The notes: generated by a model not told the origin, from the sequence alone. A stretch of DNA of 64,000 bases from Octopus sinensis (GCF_006345805.1 NC_042997.1:109058001-109122000); one strand, 5' to 3'; shown: positions 1-13,330, counted from the stretch's first letter. Translations and numbers: made by a program.

Positions 1-95
1 CTACTACTACTACTACACTACTACTACTACTACTACTACTACCGCTGCTGCTGCTGCTGCTGCTGCTACTACAACTACTGCTGCTGCTGCTACTG
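1..95. repeat. (CTA)n/(CTG)n compound trinucleotide microsatellite
   Basis: Read directly from the sequence. Confidence 0.95.
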
Positions 96-899
96 TTGTC
101 GAAAAGCTGGGTAAGGAAGTTTGAGACAATAGAAGTTGATGAAAGAAGATTTTCTCGCTGGTGTTAGTTTAACAATGATCAATTGAGCAGTTTGTCTCTT
201 ACTGATTAGAGCCAGAAAACACACAATTCACCGTCAATTTTTAACTTCGTGACATATTAATATATCAAATGTGCAATGGTATAAATTAATATTTAAAAAA
301 CAAAACAAAACAAAAGACCGTTAAATGTCAATTCTTCGACAAAGTTTACGGAGTGTACTTGCACAGAAAAATCACATTTTTAACTAAAGATAAATAAATA
401 TTGAAGGAATGATATTTTTCTGAACAATATTTGTGGAAGCAAATCATTTCCTGTTTCAATAAATTGGTAATTTCAATTTTACTTAACACACTCGAGTGCA
501 CCTGGATATGGAGAGGCCTTTCACTGCGGTGAAAATTCTCCTCGTAGTCAATATGCATGAAAACATATCGTTGGATTACGAATGTTGACACCGTAGGACG
601 CATGCGTTTCTGTGTCGTCACACATCATCAGTGGTGAGAACCGAATCAGTCATTCATAGCGTCTTAAGAACGATATGCGCATTAGCAAATATACTATTTG
701 CTACTATATATGATAGAACAACCGTTATTGGAGAGCTTTCAACCAAAGATTCGTTGCCCGGTGCTGATGAAGCGTAGCAGCGCATAAATAAGTGCCCTAC
801 AATCCGATGGTGTCATTCATAAGCAAGTGGTGTGTTTCCACATGTGTCGTTTATCGAGAGAAGTTTAACAGAGACTCTTACACCAGATAAAGACCTTCC

Positions 900-1183
900 T
901 TCTCGAGCCATGCCTGGCTCATAAGGGCCGATTTCCTTGGCGTATAGGTTCCCCACCTGGACGGGACGCCGGTCCGACAGAGGTGAGCTGCAAGATGCAG
1001 GAGGAAAGAGTGAGAGAAAGTTGTGGCGAAAGAGTCAGCAGAATTTCGCCATTACCTTCTACCGGAACTGCGTGGAGCTTACGTGTTTCGCCCATAAACA
1101 CATATTGCCCGGTCTGAGATTCGAACCCGCGATCCCTCGACCGCGAGTCCGCTGCTCTAATCACAACGCCATGTGCCTCCACA
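900..1183 (-). mobile_element. tRNA-derived SINE, family A, with 16-bp target-site duplication
   Basis: Minus strand has a tRNA-like head with A-box TGGCGTTGTGATT and B-box GGTTCGAATC, then the shared core CTCTTTCGCCACAACTTTCTCTCACTC. Direct repeat CAGATAAAGACCTTCC at 884-899 and 1184-1199. Confidence 0.9.
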
Positions 1184-1331
1184 CAGATAAAGACCTTCCC
1201 GCGTCTCAGTCTACAGGAACATGTTAAATTTGGTATTACACCCCTATATTTTATTCAACGTTGAAATGAAGGCTACACACAAACACAGTGAAAAAGAGAA
1301 TCGTGGCATATATACATATGTATACATACAT

Positions 1332-1372
<41 letters not shown>

Positions 1373-2489
1373 AACATACACAGACACTCGCACATACACA
1401 CGCATACACACACACATACATAACCATACACTGACACTCGCACATACACACGCATACACACACACACACGTACACACACATAGGAAGAGAGGGATGTTTG
1501 ACTGAGCGAGGGTATCTGTGTGTGATACCCTCGCTAAGCTGTGATGTCAATCAATACAAACTTGTTACCAATTCAATTATGCCTGAGAGGCATTCAAATC
1601 CATAAGAAGGCCATTCACTGTAATTTGTGATGGAGAAAATTTTTCGCTGTGGATAAATAGGTGTAAATACAGCGAATTAGCTCCCAGCACCTACTATACA
1701 GACCGTTGGATACATGTGTTTCGGAGTGGTTATCTCCTCTCCAGACGCAGATACCGGAAATGCAGACGCTGCGAACTGACACGAGAGACAGTTTCCTTTT
1801 ATGATATTTTATAATATTCCCGGTCATCGTTCAATGAGTGTTTTCGCTATTCAGTGGCTCGGCGTAAATAGAATACGGGGTGACAGCACTAAGTAGAGAT
1901 GAGCAGAAATACAAATTTTGTTACCAGTTTAAATATATGTCATGGGATATACACGGCTGGGGTGGCTATGAACACGGTTTTTCTTGATCAAGTCTGGCCA
2001 AGGACTAAAGAACAACAATAACAACAACGTCTTGAATGTTGAAAAAATTATTCGATCAACTTCGATCAACTTCGATCAATCATGTATAATTATTTCTCCT
2101 TTTTCCTGTTTACTTCAACTTAAGCAAAATTCAATAACAATAATCTTTAAAAACTACCCAGTGCAAAAATGAATTAATTTGACATTTCATTAAAAAAAAA
2201 ATATTTGTTTTCCGACATATTGGAAGTTAATTATAGAGGGAATAACAAAACTGAAGAGAGTTTAGCTGAATAGTCAACAGTCGGCTGGATCAAAGAGATG
2301 GTGTAGGTTTTGACTACGTGAGTGGACGTGTATGGTTGTAAACATTCTTTATGATATTGTGTTTATACTATAAACATAATGGCGGATGTATTTGAACAGA
2401 GTTTACCTCTTTGGACGAATCACCTGTCGCTGCGAATATTCTCGTTATTTACTTCAATTCATACAGGTACGCAGCCATATACAAACACA

Positions 2490-2495
2490 AGCATG

Positions 2496-2554
<59 letters not shown>

Positions 2555-3061
2555 ACACATACACACACACATAGATAGAAAAATAGATAGATATGAATAT
2601 ACATACGAGCATATATGCATAGAAGCAAAGAAAGTAATAGACAGTCACGCACTGTTTGGGTAAATATACAATGTGCGTATGTGACTGTATGTATGTATAC
2701 ATGGATGGATGGATGGATGTACATACACATGCGAGTATATACGTATGTGCATCTATGTGTTTGCACATATGAATATATGGATTATCTTACACACACAAAA
2801 CACACATAAGTATATATATAACATCCATATTATGTCTTGTAATTATATATATACAATACATATATAGTTATATATATTCATACAATACATACATACATGC
2901 ATACATACCTGTAACCATATGTAAGTATACACACACGCATACGTAAATATATATGTATATGGTGCTCATGTAGTTGTATGCAAAATCTGAACGTGTTTAC
3001 TTGAAACTAAGAAGTAAGCATGTATGCAAATTATAGCTGGATGGGATGTATGATAGCTGAC

Positions 3062-3123
<62 letters not shown>

Positions 3124-3243
3124 TATGTGTGTGTGTGTGTGTGTGTTCGTGCGTGCGTGCGTGCGTGTATATGTATATATATTTATATTTATATGTGTGA
3201 ATATATATACAAATTGATATATATATATATATATTTATACTTA

Positions 3244-3333
<90 letters not shown>

Positions 3334-3358
3334 CATACATACATATATATATATATAT

Positions 3359-3391
<33 letters not shown>

Positions 3392-3400
3392 ACATCTGTG
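2490..3400. repeat. (CA)n, (GT)n and (TA)n microsatellite cluster
   Basis: Read directly; accounts for the low-complexity ORFs here. Confidence 0.9.
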
Positions 3401-4223
3401 TGGTTCTTCTGTAATATTTTCTTTCAACATCTGTAACAATAATGTTTATGTTTAACACATAATCCGTTCATTTCAGCACAAACGAGGCGCAATTTAGACT
3501 TTCCTTTGAAGTCGACCGCCGTTCTACGAAACTAACCAAATGAAATGAACATATATCAATTATATACATAAGGAAGGAGAAAGAGTAAGAAGCCGAATTA
3601 TTAATCACTCTCTCTTACGCGCGCGCACACACACACAAACATGGAAACAAGCAGACACACACACAGAGCTAGCTACACAGGCATCTTACAAACGCACGCA
3701 TAGACGTAGGCAGAGCCATGCTGAAGTACAACCTTACACATACAGTATGATGTTGATTACTAGCTTGACAACACAGTTGTTGTCAATTCCTTCTAAATTA
3801 GCAAATCACATGAAAAATAAGTCTATTTATTAATGGAACAGAGTGCAATATTAATGATCACGAGAAAAAAAGAATTAGAAGAAAAAGAAATTGGAGAAAA
3901 ATAGAGGGAGGTTGAGGGAATAAAGGAGAGAGAGAGAGAGAGAGAGAGAGACGAAGAGGAGAAAAAGAACACATCAGAGATGAAGGGAGTGGGGGAGAGG
4001 AAAGTTATATGGGAAGACATAGAACAGTGGAATAGTGAAGAAATATGGAAGATTTGCAAGGAAATTTTCTTTGGAAACATCTGGTTAAAATTTTGCTTGA
4101 AAACCAATTACCACACTGAAAGTACACATTTATGCGCAAAAATGCAATACACCGTACAAACATATATTGACACATATACGAATGTATAGATATGTGTACC
4201 CTTATATATATATATATATATAA

Positions 4224-4282
<59 letters not shown>

Positions 4283-4372
4283 GTATGTATGTATATATAT
4301 GTGTATATATATATATATGTATATATACGTATACATAATTTATACCTGCATACACGTACGCACGCTCATACA

Positions 4373-4418
<46 letters not shown>

Positions 4419-4596
4419 TATATATATATATAATTTATACGTGCATACATATGTTTCTACAAACACGAGCAGGCGATAGGCAAACACCTAATAGTTATTA
4501 GTAGCTAAGACTGTTTACTTGGTAGTTTATGTGATAATCGTTTTCTGGAAAAAAAGTTTTAGAAAGGTGTAATTTACAAAACTCGGGAAGTAAATA

Positions 4597-7014
4597 CCGT
4601 ATTTACTGGCGCATTGGACGCACCTTCACATAAGACGCATCCCTATTTTGCAAGGGTATTTTGAGGGGAAAAAAAAACAATTTTAGTATGCTTAATCGTA
4701 CATTTATTGAAAGATATTTTAAAGTGGCTTTCTATGCAAAATTGTCTGATTCTGTGCACAAAATACAATACCGTGAAAATATACAGAAATAAAGTATGGA
4801 ATCATATCTAGCTTTACACTCACCTTCAAAGGAAACCAAATTAAATTTGCCATAGGAAAAAAGAAATGTACATTGGTATCAAATAATCCTGGTAAATGCA
4901 AAGAAACAATACAAATATCCTGAGAAGAACTGGTAGAAACCAACCAGCAAAGGACAATAAATGTGATGAATTCCTATTGTTAGTTACATTTACTGATTCT
5001 CACTGCAACCGCCACATATTACCGGTACTCTCTTCATCACTGGAATACTCTGCAATGGGATCTGGGTCATCAATATCTTCTTCAAACAATAAATTGTCCT
5101 CGGTACCATCAAGGACATTACTAATGCCACATTTTAAAAATGATTTCGCATCTACCTCTTCTTTTTCTATGGACTTTTTACCCACTCCGCTATGTAATAG
5201 TAGGCCTCTTCCTTCTTCTTGTTGGTGTCACTTCAAAATCTGAAGACTGCATCCACTTGTTCCATTCCTTCCGCAAGAATCTTTCAGATGGTTTATTGAT
5301 TGAACCGTCTAAAGGCCGTAACTGGCTGATTGGGCCTCCTGGAATTACAGCTAACCGGGTCTGCAGTTCTCCAAGTTTTCTCTTAACAAACTCTATGAGC
5401 CCCAAAACTGGTCCTCAACCAATAAGGCAAGTTTCTTTAATAGACCACCAGGACCACACTTTATCAAGCGACAATCTTATTCCTCCCTCATCCATCCAAC
5501 CTTTTGGGTGGACACGAACATAAATGCCACTGGCTATCCTTTCTATAGGCAAAATCTTTCTTTTAAAAATTTAGAAAAGGTAACAGCTTTGTGCCATCAG
5601 CGCAGCATGCTAATACAACTGTGTAGTGTTTTTTTTCATGGCCACATGTTTTAACAGTTACAATTTCAGCACCCTTGGGCTCTACCGTCTTGTTTGGTGG
5701 CACATCAAATCTCAAAGAGACTTTGTCCATATTTGTTATCTCTGAAAGTTCAAAATTAACTTTTCTTGCACTAATGACATACCTGTGAAACTTAAGTATT
5801 TGATCTTCATATTCAGGGGCCATATTTCGTGCATGTCCTAGCCCTCATACAGAGGTTATTTCTACTCATAAACCTGGAACACCGTGTTGTTGACCCTTTA
5901 AAATCATTGATATCTCTATCCATTGCAATAAGTCTTATAATCATTGGAGTGGATATTGAAGATCCCGATCTTCTTTGGTCTAAAATCCATGTTTTTACTT
6001 CTTCTTCATACTACTTTCCAACTCCCCTGCGGAGACAGTGTTTGCTACGTTTAGTAGCTTTCATCTGCTCTTATTGTTTCCTCCAAGTCCTTACCACTTT
6101 CTTAGTTGGTAGTAGACCAAAATACGTAACAGCTGCCCTATTACCATGGTGCTTTGCATATGCTACGACATTTAGGTTAAATTTAATGTTTTAACAGTGC
6201 CTTTTTAAAATTTTCAGCCATGGGTTTGGTCTCTGTACGAAATTTACCGTAACTAAACTTACCGGTACGTTATGAGAAACCGTACCCCAACTCTTGCCTT
6301 CTCTCAGATCAGCCGTATGGTTGTTAATATTTTGGGCAAGAGAATTCCAATACAGGATGTGAAACTCGTATTTATGAATATGATGTTTTGTGTTACTGCG
6401 ACAGGCCACAATGTGGAAAATAAGGGAAAAAAGACTAAACGAGCAAAACACAAATGAATGACTAAGAAAGGAACATAACAAGAAGGAGGCTCTGTTGCAA
6501 AAGTGAAGCTTCCGACACATCATCTGATCTGATCATTGCAAATGGCTGCCAGGCGGATGAAAATTTATTAACATACCTTTCAATTTTCTAGGAGCATTTT
6601 TCATCTAGATAATGAACAAATGTTTCTTAAAGGTTAAATACTGTAATTCATATATCAGGTGTGGGTTATGTATGCTGGGGAAAGAGGTAAGTAAAATGAT
6701 GTGAGCTTCCTTCATAACTGACGACGTCTCGTAAGCAATTTTTCCTAAGTTTGTGATAACAGACTGTGATAATTCGGCTTCTTTTCAATATTTTATTATT
6801 AGTAACACAATTTACTGTAATAATTTGGCTTGTTTTCATTATTTTATTATCAGCAACAATTGTTGTGACTAGAGATCTTACCCACTATGCTCATCCGGCC
6901 CCCTAGCCTACGGCGCTCGGTCGCCCATCCGTAATACGGCTGCATTAGACGCAGGGAAATTTTTTGATACATTTAAAAATAAGAAAAGCGACTCCAATCT
7001 GCCAGTAAATACTG
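4597..7014 (-). mobile_element. pogo/Tigger-type DNA transposon (Tc1/mariner superfamily), full length but degenerate
   Basis: TIRs: TACCGTATTTACTGGCGCATTGGA (4595-4618) versus the reverse complement of 6993-7016, TACAGTATTTACTGGCAGATTGGA (21/24 match). TA dinucleotide at each end. Encloses transposase fragments. Confidence 0.85.
5000..6190 (-). pseudogene. pogo-like transposase (CENP-B-type HTH plus DDE_1), several stops and frameshifts
   Basis: Motifs AYAKHHGNRAA, NMDKVSLRFDVPPNKTV, KTCGHEKKHYTVVLACCADGTKL, LAVIPGGPISQLRPLDGSINKP and NVLDGTEDNLL. Confidence 0.88.
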
Positions 7015-7029
7015 TAATTGCTCTTTATG

Positions 7030-7720
7030 TTGCATATTAATTATAAACCATTTTGAGTTCGAAGTTGGCTTCTCTGCAGGTCGAAGAATGTTTGATCTTT
7101 TGCTACAATCAATTGATGCAGCTCTTCGTCATTTATCTTTCTCAAAACAAACTTGTTTTCTCTTCTGAAGGCCAAGCTTATCTTTACAAGGTATCAGTGA
7201 TGATGTTCTTCTCTTTTCCCAATGGGTGATGATTTCGTTTGAGAAATTGTTGGATAACCTGGAATTATAGGATTCTTTACCGAATTACGGAAGCCAGCAA
7301 TGTTAAATTTTCATATATTAAATTTTTTTAGAGTTAATTCAAAACTGTCAGATGATTCGATTGTTCCATTCAGTCTTTGAACATATCGAATGGCGGTCTG
7401 CGAGCGTTTTGGTTGATAACAAGTCCTGTTGTTCAGAAGATATAGTCCTGTAAATGCTAATGTCCAGTGGGCGGGCGGGGGATGCTGCGGGAAGATTTTA
7501 AGCTAATCTTCTTTTGAAAATTGTGTTAGGAATGATCTGATTATTGTTTTCGGTAGATTTACAGAGAAGAAGGGCTCCGTTGCCTTCTGTTTGCCAATCC
7601 ATTATCTCCAGCGATTGTCTTTGAGGATAATGTCGTCTTAATGTTGCATTGAAGTCTTCGAGGACTGTGATTTTGTCAATCTCGGGAAGAGTAGGAAAGA
7701 TGGAATCCAGCTAGTTACAG
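7030..7720 (-). mobile_element. ancient RTE-clade LINE fragment (AP endonuclease region)
   Basis: Manual translation gives QLDSIFPTLPEIDKITVLEDFNA and GNGALLLCK...IIPNTIF, matching the RTE APE pattern LLGDFNA...NGxxLL...TNT. Many lesions. Confidence 0.6.
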
Positions 7721-7989
7721 AAATTTATTATTTTCAATATATATTATTAAGCCCTAAGTTTGTAGCCAGTGACTGGTGAATGTTGTATATTGGACTTTTG
7801 AAAGTTGAAGGGAAAACATCATTCGTTGTCCGTTGATGTCGACCGGGAATTCTGGTGCTTCCGAAGTAGCAGAATTTTTCGAAAAAATCTTAATATTTTA
7901 TACATGTCAGTCGTCATTCAGACACACAAAAACACACTTTACCATTTCACTATCCAAATATATATCTGGTGTGTAAGGGATGACGATGT

Positions 7990-8130
7990 TGGTTTCAAAT
8001 TTTGGCAGAAGGCCCCAGTAAGTTGTGGAGGAAGGGCTGAGTTCATTACATCGAACTCAGTGTTCTACTGGTACTTATTTTATCGACCCCGAAAGGGATG
8101 AAAGACGAAGTCGACCTGGGCGGATTTTAT
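7990..8130 (-). mobile_element. SINE family C fragment
   Basis: Contains TGGTACTTATTTTATCGACCCCGAAAGGGATGAAAGACGAAGTCGACC, which is shared with the other family C copies. Confidence 0.75.
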
Positions 8131-8589
8131 AAAAGATGGTAATACTAACGATTATAATAAAATTGATTGATCTGCTATAAATCACGCTTGTCCACATATC
8201 AATGCTCACAGTTGTGATCTCATTGTTCTGGGGGAATTATGACATTCTAGTCCACCCTTTCGCAATTTTGAACAAAAGATCGCAAACTGTGGACGCTTGT
8301 GGTCATTCCCATTGATATTCATGGAGCAATTTCTAGATACCATCTGGCTGAAGTAATTTGCTTCCAGTGTCACGAGTTTGCCAAATCCAAAAAGATGGTT
8401 TTATACCGGAAGAAAATATTCAATTAATAGTCAACAGTAAAACTATTTAAGTCTTCCTTGCTTTTGAGGTCTTTTTAACATATAAAATATTGAAAATACT
8501 ACAATATCACATGCTTTTATATATGAATATGAATATATCACGTGTGTATACGTGCGTTCGAGCAAACACACACACACACACACCACACA

Positions 8590-8644
<55 letters not shown>

Positions 8645-8928
8645 ACACACACACACACACACACGACAGTAGTCATAGACATCAGTCGCAGAACTCATTT
8701 TTCAACACTTAATGTGACGTTCACTTGAAAACACATCTTAATATCCAAAAAAATTGAAAAGACGAGAAATATAAAGAGAGCAAGCGTGTTAGAAAGAGGA
8801 AGAAGTTCTCTATAAAAAGAGTGATTGGTATATAAATGGACTGGCAGATAGACAATTAGATGGGTAAATAAAGAAACAAGAATATAGGTACATATATAGA
8901 AAGGCAGACAAAGAGTGTTAGCTAAACG

Positions 8929-8929
<1 letters not shown>

Positions 8930-9002
<73 letters not shown>

Positions 9003-9010
9003 CAGACAGA
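8930..9010. repeat. (GATA)n microsatellite
   Basis: Read directly. Confidence 0.95.
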
Positions 9011-9399
9011 TAGGTAGGTGAGAAAGAGAGAGTGAAAGACAGTAAGGGAGAAAAGGAGAGGGAGAGGGCATAAAAGAAGCTAATCCCAAACAGATCATGA
9101 TGCACCTCATTTTCGTCATCAAAAGAATTGTTTGTTGAGAGATAATTCTTTAAACGAAACTGTCAATTGGCGGAATTCTTGATTTCTGAAAGCTTCTGAA
9201 GAAAAAAAAAACAGAAAAAGAAAGGAAAAAGGGAAGAAAAGGAAAAAAAATTGTATCCCCGTAAAAAAAGAAAAGAAAAGAAAACAATAATCATGATATG
9301 CGTTAAATTCTAGTCTGGATAATGTCTAATGTACATGAGTAATATATATATGTATACACACACACATATAGATGTATATATATATATATATATATAATA

Positions 9400-9660
9400 T
9401 ATAACGGGAAGCTTTATGAAAATAAACAAAAGACGAAGGCAGGTGGAAAACAAACGAACAATTGTATTAGTATGGCGCTCAGGAAATATAAATAAAACAA
9501 GTCTTTAACGTTTCGAGCCTACGCTCTTCAACAGAAAGATACACAGAGAGAGAAAAACACAGAAAGAAGGAGAGAAAAAAAATGCGTGCAGTAGCTAACG
9601 AATCAACATGGCGATCTGATTTCGGCCAGAGGTCAAAGATCAAACATGAGACGCGAAAGC
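9400..9660 (-). mobile_element. Penelope-like terminal repeat (pLTR) fragment abutting (TA)n
   Basis: Minus strand GAAGAGC..GCTCGAAACGT...TTCCTGAGCGCC..TAATA..AATTGTTC is homologous to 58630-58715 at the 5' end of the Penelope-like element. Confidence 0.7.
9502..9539 (-). ncRNA. minimal type I hammerhead ribozyme motif (A6U core variant)
   Basis: Minus strand reads UCUUU-CUGUUGA-A-GAGC(GUAG)GCUC-GAAACGUU-AAAGA: 5-bp stem I, 4-bp stem II, palindromic ACGU helix III, GUU cleavage triplet. Confidence 0.65.
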
Positions 9661-9710
9661 GAATAAGGGGAGATAATAGGGTTGATAAAAGGGTTGAGGG
9701 ACCAGCTAAA

Positions 9711-10040
9711 AGTGCGTGGGAGGGGTCTGGATGTGTGTATGTATAGGGTTGGTGTATGTTTAGTATGTATAAGGGTGTGTGTGTGTGTGTGTGTGTGTAT
9801 GAGAGAGTATTAGTGCGTAGGATTGGTCTGGACGTGCGTATGTATGGGGTTGGTGTATGTATTAGTATGTATTAGTATGTATTAGTACGTATTGGTATGT
9901 ATAGGTGTGTGTGTGTGTGAGAGAGTATAAGTGCGTATGCGGGGTCTGGACGTGTGTATGTATAGGGTTGGTGTAAGTATTAGTATGTACTAGTATGTAT
10001 TAGTACGTATTAGTATGTATTAGTTGGTGTGTGTATTAGT
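9711..10040. repeat. minisatellite, 3 copies of ~100-118 bp, with an internal GTATTAGTAT subrepeat
   Basis: Units start with AGTGCGT..GGTCTGGA at 9711, 9812 and 9930. Confidence 0.8.
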
Positions 10041-10368
10041 ATGGCACATCATATGTGATGTGATGTGTAAAGTCATGTGGTGTAGTGAGGAAAGAGGGGA
10101 GGGGGGGGGGGGGGGGGGGGGGGGGGGAGGGGGAGAAGGGGAAGGGGAAGAGGGGGATAGGGGGAAAGGAGAGATGGTGGGAAGGAAGGGGAGAATCTAT
10201 ATATATAATATATGTACATATATATATATTATATATATTAAATATATATATAGTAATATGTATATATATAATATAAATATGTACACACACACCACATATA
10301 TATGAACAGACACACACACACACACATATATATAAACAGAGAAAGAGAGGGAGAGAGAGAGAAAAGAA

Positions 10369-10420
<52 letters not shown>

Positions 10421-10749
10421 CGACGCAGATGGAGATATATAAAAAAATAAAAAAATATAAAAAGGAATTGTCTCGCCAACATGAACAATAACAAAAACCA
10501 ACACCGAAAACATTAGCAACAGCAACAACAACAACAATAACAGCAATTGCACTAACTATTACAAAACTAAGAGGAACATTGATAAACAACCACAACCATA
10601 TATCTAACGGTAACGGAAGCAGTACAAACACCAGTCATAACATCAACATCAATGGCACGAACCCTAACTAAAATTGCCTCCACCACGAACAACAACAATA
10701 ATTTTAACAACAAAGCAACGTTAAAATACCAACAGCTTTAACTCCTAAG

Positions 10750-11110
10750 AAAGCTGGGAGCTGAAGGAATCGTTAACCCGTCGGTCGAAACGCTTAACGG
10801 TATTTTGCCCGTCACTACGTTCTGAGTTCAAATTCCGCCGAGGTCGACTTTGCCTTTCATCCTTTCGGAGTCGATAAATTAAGTACCAGTTACGCACTGG
10901 GGTCGATGTAATCGACTTAATCCGTTTGTCTGTCCTTGTTTATCCTCTCTGTGTTTAGCCCCTTGCTGGTAGTAAAGAAATAGGTATTTCGCCCGTCACT
11001 ACGTTCTGATTTCAAATTCCGCCGAGGTCGACTTTGCCTTTCATCCTTTCGGGATCAATAAATTAAGTACTAGTGAAAACACTGGGGTCGATATAATCGA
11101 CTAGTTCCCC
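10750..11110 (+). mobile_element. SINE family C, dimeric body (184-bp period)
   Basis: GGTATTT..CCCGTCACTACGTTCTGA..TCAAATTCCGCCGAGGTCGACTTTGCC occurs at 10799 and 10983. Possible TSD AAAATACCAACA at 10723-10734 and 11128-11139. Confidence 0.85.
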
Positions 11111-11180
11111 CCGCCTCACTACCCCGCAAAATACCAACAATTTCTGTAGCAACAACAACAACAACCACAATAATAATAAC

Positions 11181-11478
11181 AACAAGAGCTCTCAGAGAGC
11201 GCAAACCTCCGCCAAGGCAACACCAACGTCCTCTCAACGATTAGCCAGAGATGATTCTTAAAATGAGAATATCTGAAATAAACTCAGCTGCTCTCACAAA
11301 CGAGAATACTAAAAATGAACCCGACCGCTCGCAAAAATTAAGTAAGAAAACAGAAAAAATAATCCGGAATCCTTGTCCGGCATCGGATCGATTCCAAAAT
11401 CTAATCAGTTCGTGTCAGACACGAGGTCAAACATTCCTGAAAGTTTCATCTGAATCCATCAAGCGATTCTTGAAATAT
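11181..11478. mobile_element. non-autonomous interspersed repeat, possibly Helentron-associated (DINE/HINE-like)
   Basis: Starts AACAAGAGC..CCTCCGCCAAGG and contains AAAGTTTCATCTGAATCCATC..GATTCTTGAAATATC, motifs I associate with DINE-like elements. Class assignment is tentative. Confidence 0.4.
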
Positions 11479-11504
11479 CTACTAGTAGTAGTAGTAGTAG
11501 TACA

Positions 11505-11542
<38 letters not shown>

Positions 11543-12655
11543 AATAGCATTAGTGGAATTTGTAGTGTTAGCAGTTGCGGCAGTAGTAGTTGTGGTAGTA
11601 GTGATAACAACAGCAGAAGTATTAGTAACGATAATAACAACAACAAAAATGACGATAATAATTTCAGAAGCACCGTGAGGAAATGTGATCCACCATAGAT
11701 ATTGGTCAAATATGGTTGAAAAGCATAAAACGCGAAAAAAAAAAATGAAAGAGAAATTCAGAAAATAAAAAAAGAGAAAAAAAACAGGAGCCGATTTTGA
11801 CTGGCGAGAAAATAGCGAGGCGTTAATTGCAGATCGAGGAGTTTTGGGGTTTGAAGAATCACTGAGTTATTAGGAACGTCAAAGAATAAATATCTAAGAT
11901 AGTCTTGTGAGATGCTATTAGTTCATGGTTCTGTGCTGTTGGAAAAGATAGGGAGGATAATACAACAAGAATAAACAATATGAACAGCAATAAGAACGAA
12001 AACAACAGCAGCGGCAACCACGACAACAGAAACTCACGGCGGAGAATCGCAAAAAAGAGGGAAAAAATCAAACGAAAAATAAAAAAAAATGATAATATAT
12101 AATAAGCGTAAAAAATCTGAAATGGAAACGAAAAATTGCCCTTTCCTTGGAAAAGGAATTGAAAATACATCACGTGACTGTCATCAAATTATTGAATCCC
12201 ATCGGCAGAATGAGGGAGATGGAGCGAATGAGAGAAGAACATTATATGATGAAAGAGAAAGTGTTTATGTGTGTGTACGTATACATGTTAGCTTCATGTC
12301 TGTATGTATGGTTGATTGTCAAGAAAGCGTAAATAAATGAGAGAATTATATGTAGAAAGGTTCGAATGAAGTCAGCATGAGTTGTATGTGTTCGTTGGAT
12401 TATCTAAACAACAATACGCGTGTGTACGGAAATATTTCTCTTTTTTTATAAACATTTACGTCTGATAGAATATATATGTATATATATACACGTGTGTGTG
12501 TGTGTGCGCACGCTGAATATGTACATATATGTATGTTTATATATGTATATATATATATATGTATAAATCAATATGGATATCATAAGTAAGTGTTTCTGTG
12601 AGATTTAGCGGTAGAAAAATGAGCGATGTGCTATATTTGTCCATACACGTACGGA

Positions 12656-12715
<60 letters not shown>

Positions 12716-12749
12716 GCTCTCTCTCCCCCTCTCTCTCTCTCTCTCTCTC

Positions 12750-12792
<43 letters not shown>

Positions 12793-12793
12793 T

Positions 12794-13144
12794 CGTGGCA
12801 CTCCGTCGGTTAGGAGGACGAGGGTTCCAGATGATCCGATCAACGTAATAGCCTGCTTGTGAAATTGACGTGCAAGTGGCTGAGGTCTCCGCAGACACGT
12901 GTACCCTTAACGTAGTTCTCGGGGAGAATTCAACGTGACACAGAGTGTGACAAGGCTGGCCTTTTGAAATACAGGTACAACAGAAACAGGAAGAAAGAGT
13001 GGGAGAAAGATTGTAGTGAAAGAGTACAGCAGGGTTCGCCACCACCACCCTCTGCCTCGTAGTTTCAACGCTCGGTCTGGGAATCAAATCCGCGATCTTG
13101 CGACTGCGAGTCCGCTGCCCTAACAACTGGGCCATTGCGCCTCT
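12794..13144 (-). mobile_element. tRNA-derived SINE, family A (tail type 2)
   Basis: Head GAGGCGCAATGGCCCAGTTGTTAGGGCAGCGGACTCGC, then the shared core, then a tail ending GGAACCCTCGTCCTCCTAACCGACGGAGTGCCA. Confidence 0.88.
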
Positions 13145-13255
13145 ACACACACCACACACACACACACACACACATACATATACATTTATATGTATATCTT
13201 TATATATATATATGCATGAATATATATGTATATATATATATGTACATATATGTAT

Positions 13256-13310
<55 letters not shown>

Positions 13311-13330
13311 ATTATATATATATATATGTG

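Noticed and set aside
346-621. 91-aa minus-strand ORF, and a plus-strand peptide TRVHLDMERPFTAVKILLVV faintly like a Gypsy integrase
   Set aside because: No recognisable domain, and the integrase-like similarity does not extend on either side.
2051-2080. (TTCGATCAAC)x3
   Set aside because: Short slippage duplication with no spacers; not CRISPR-like.
8170-8440. Possible ancient LINE endonuclease remnant (CDLIVLG)
   Set aside because: One short motif only; too decayed to support a call.
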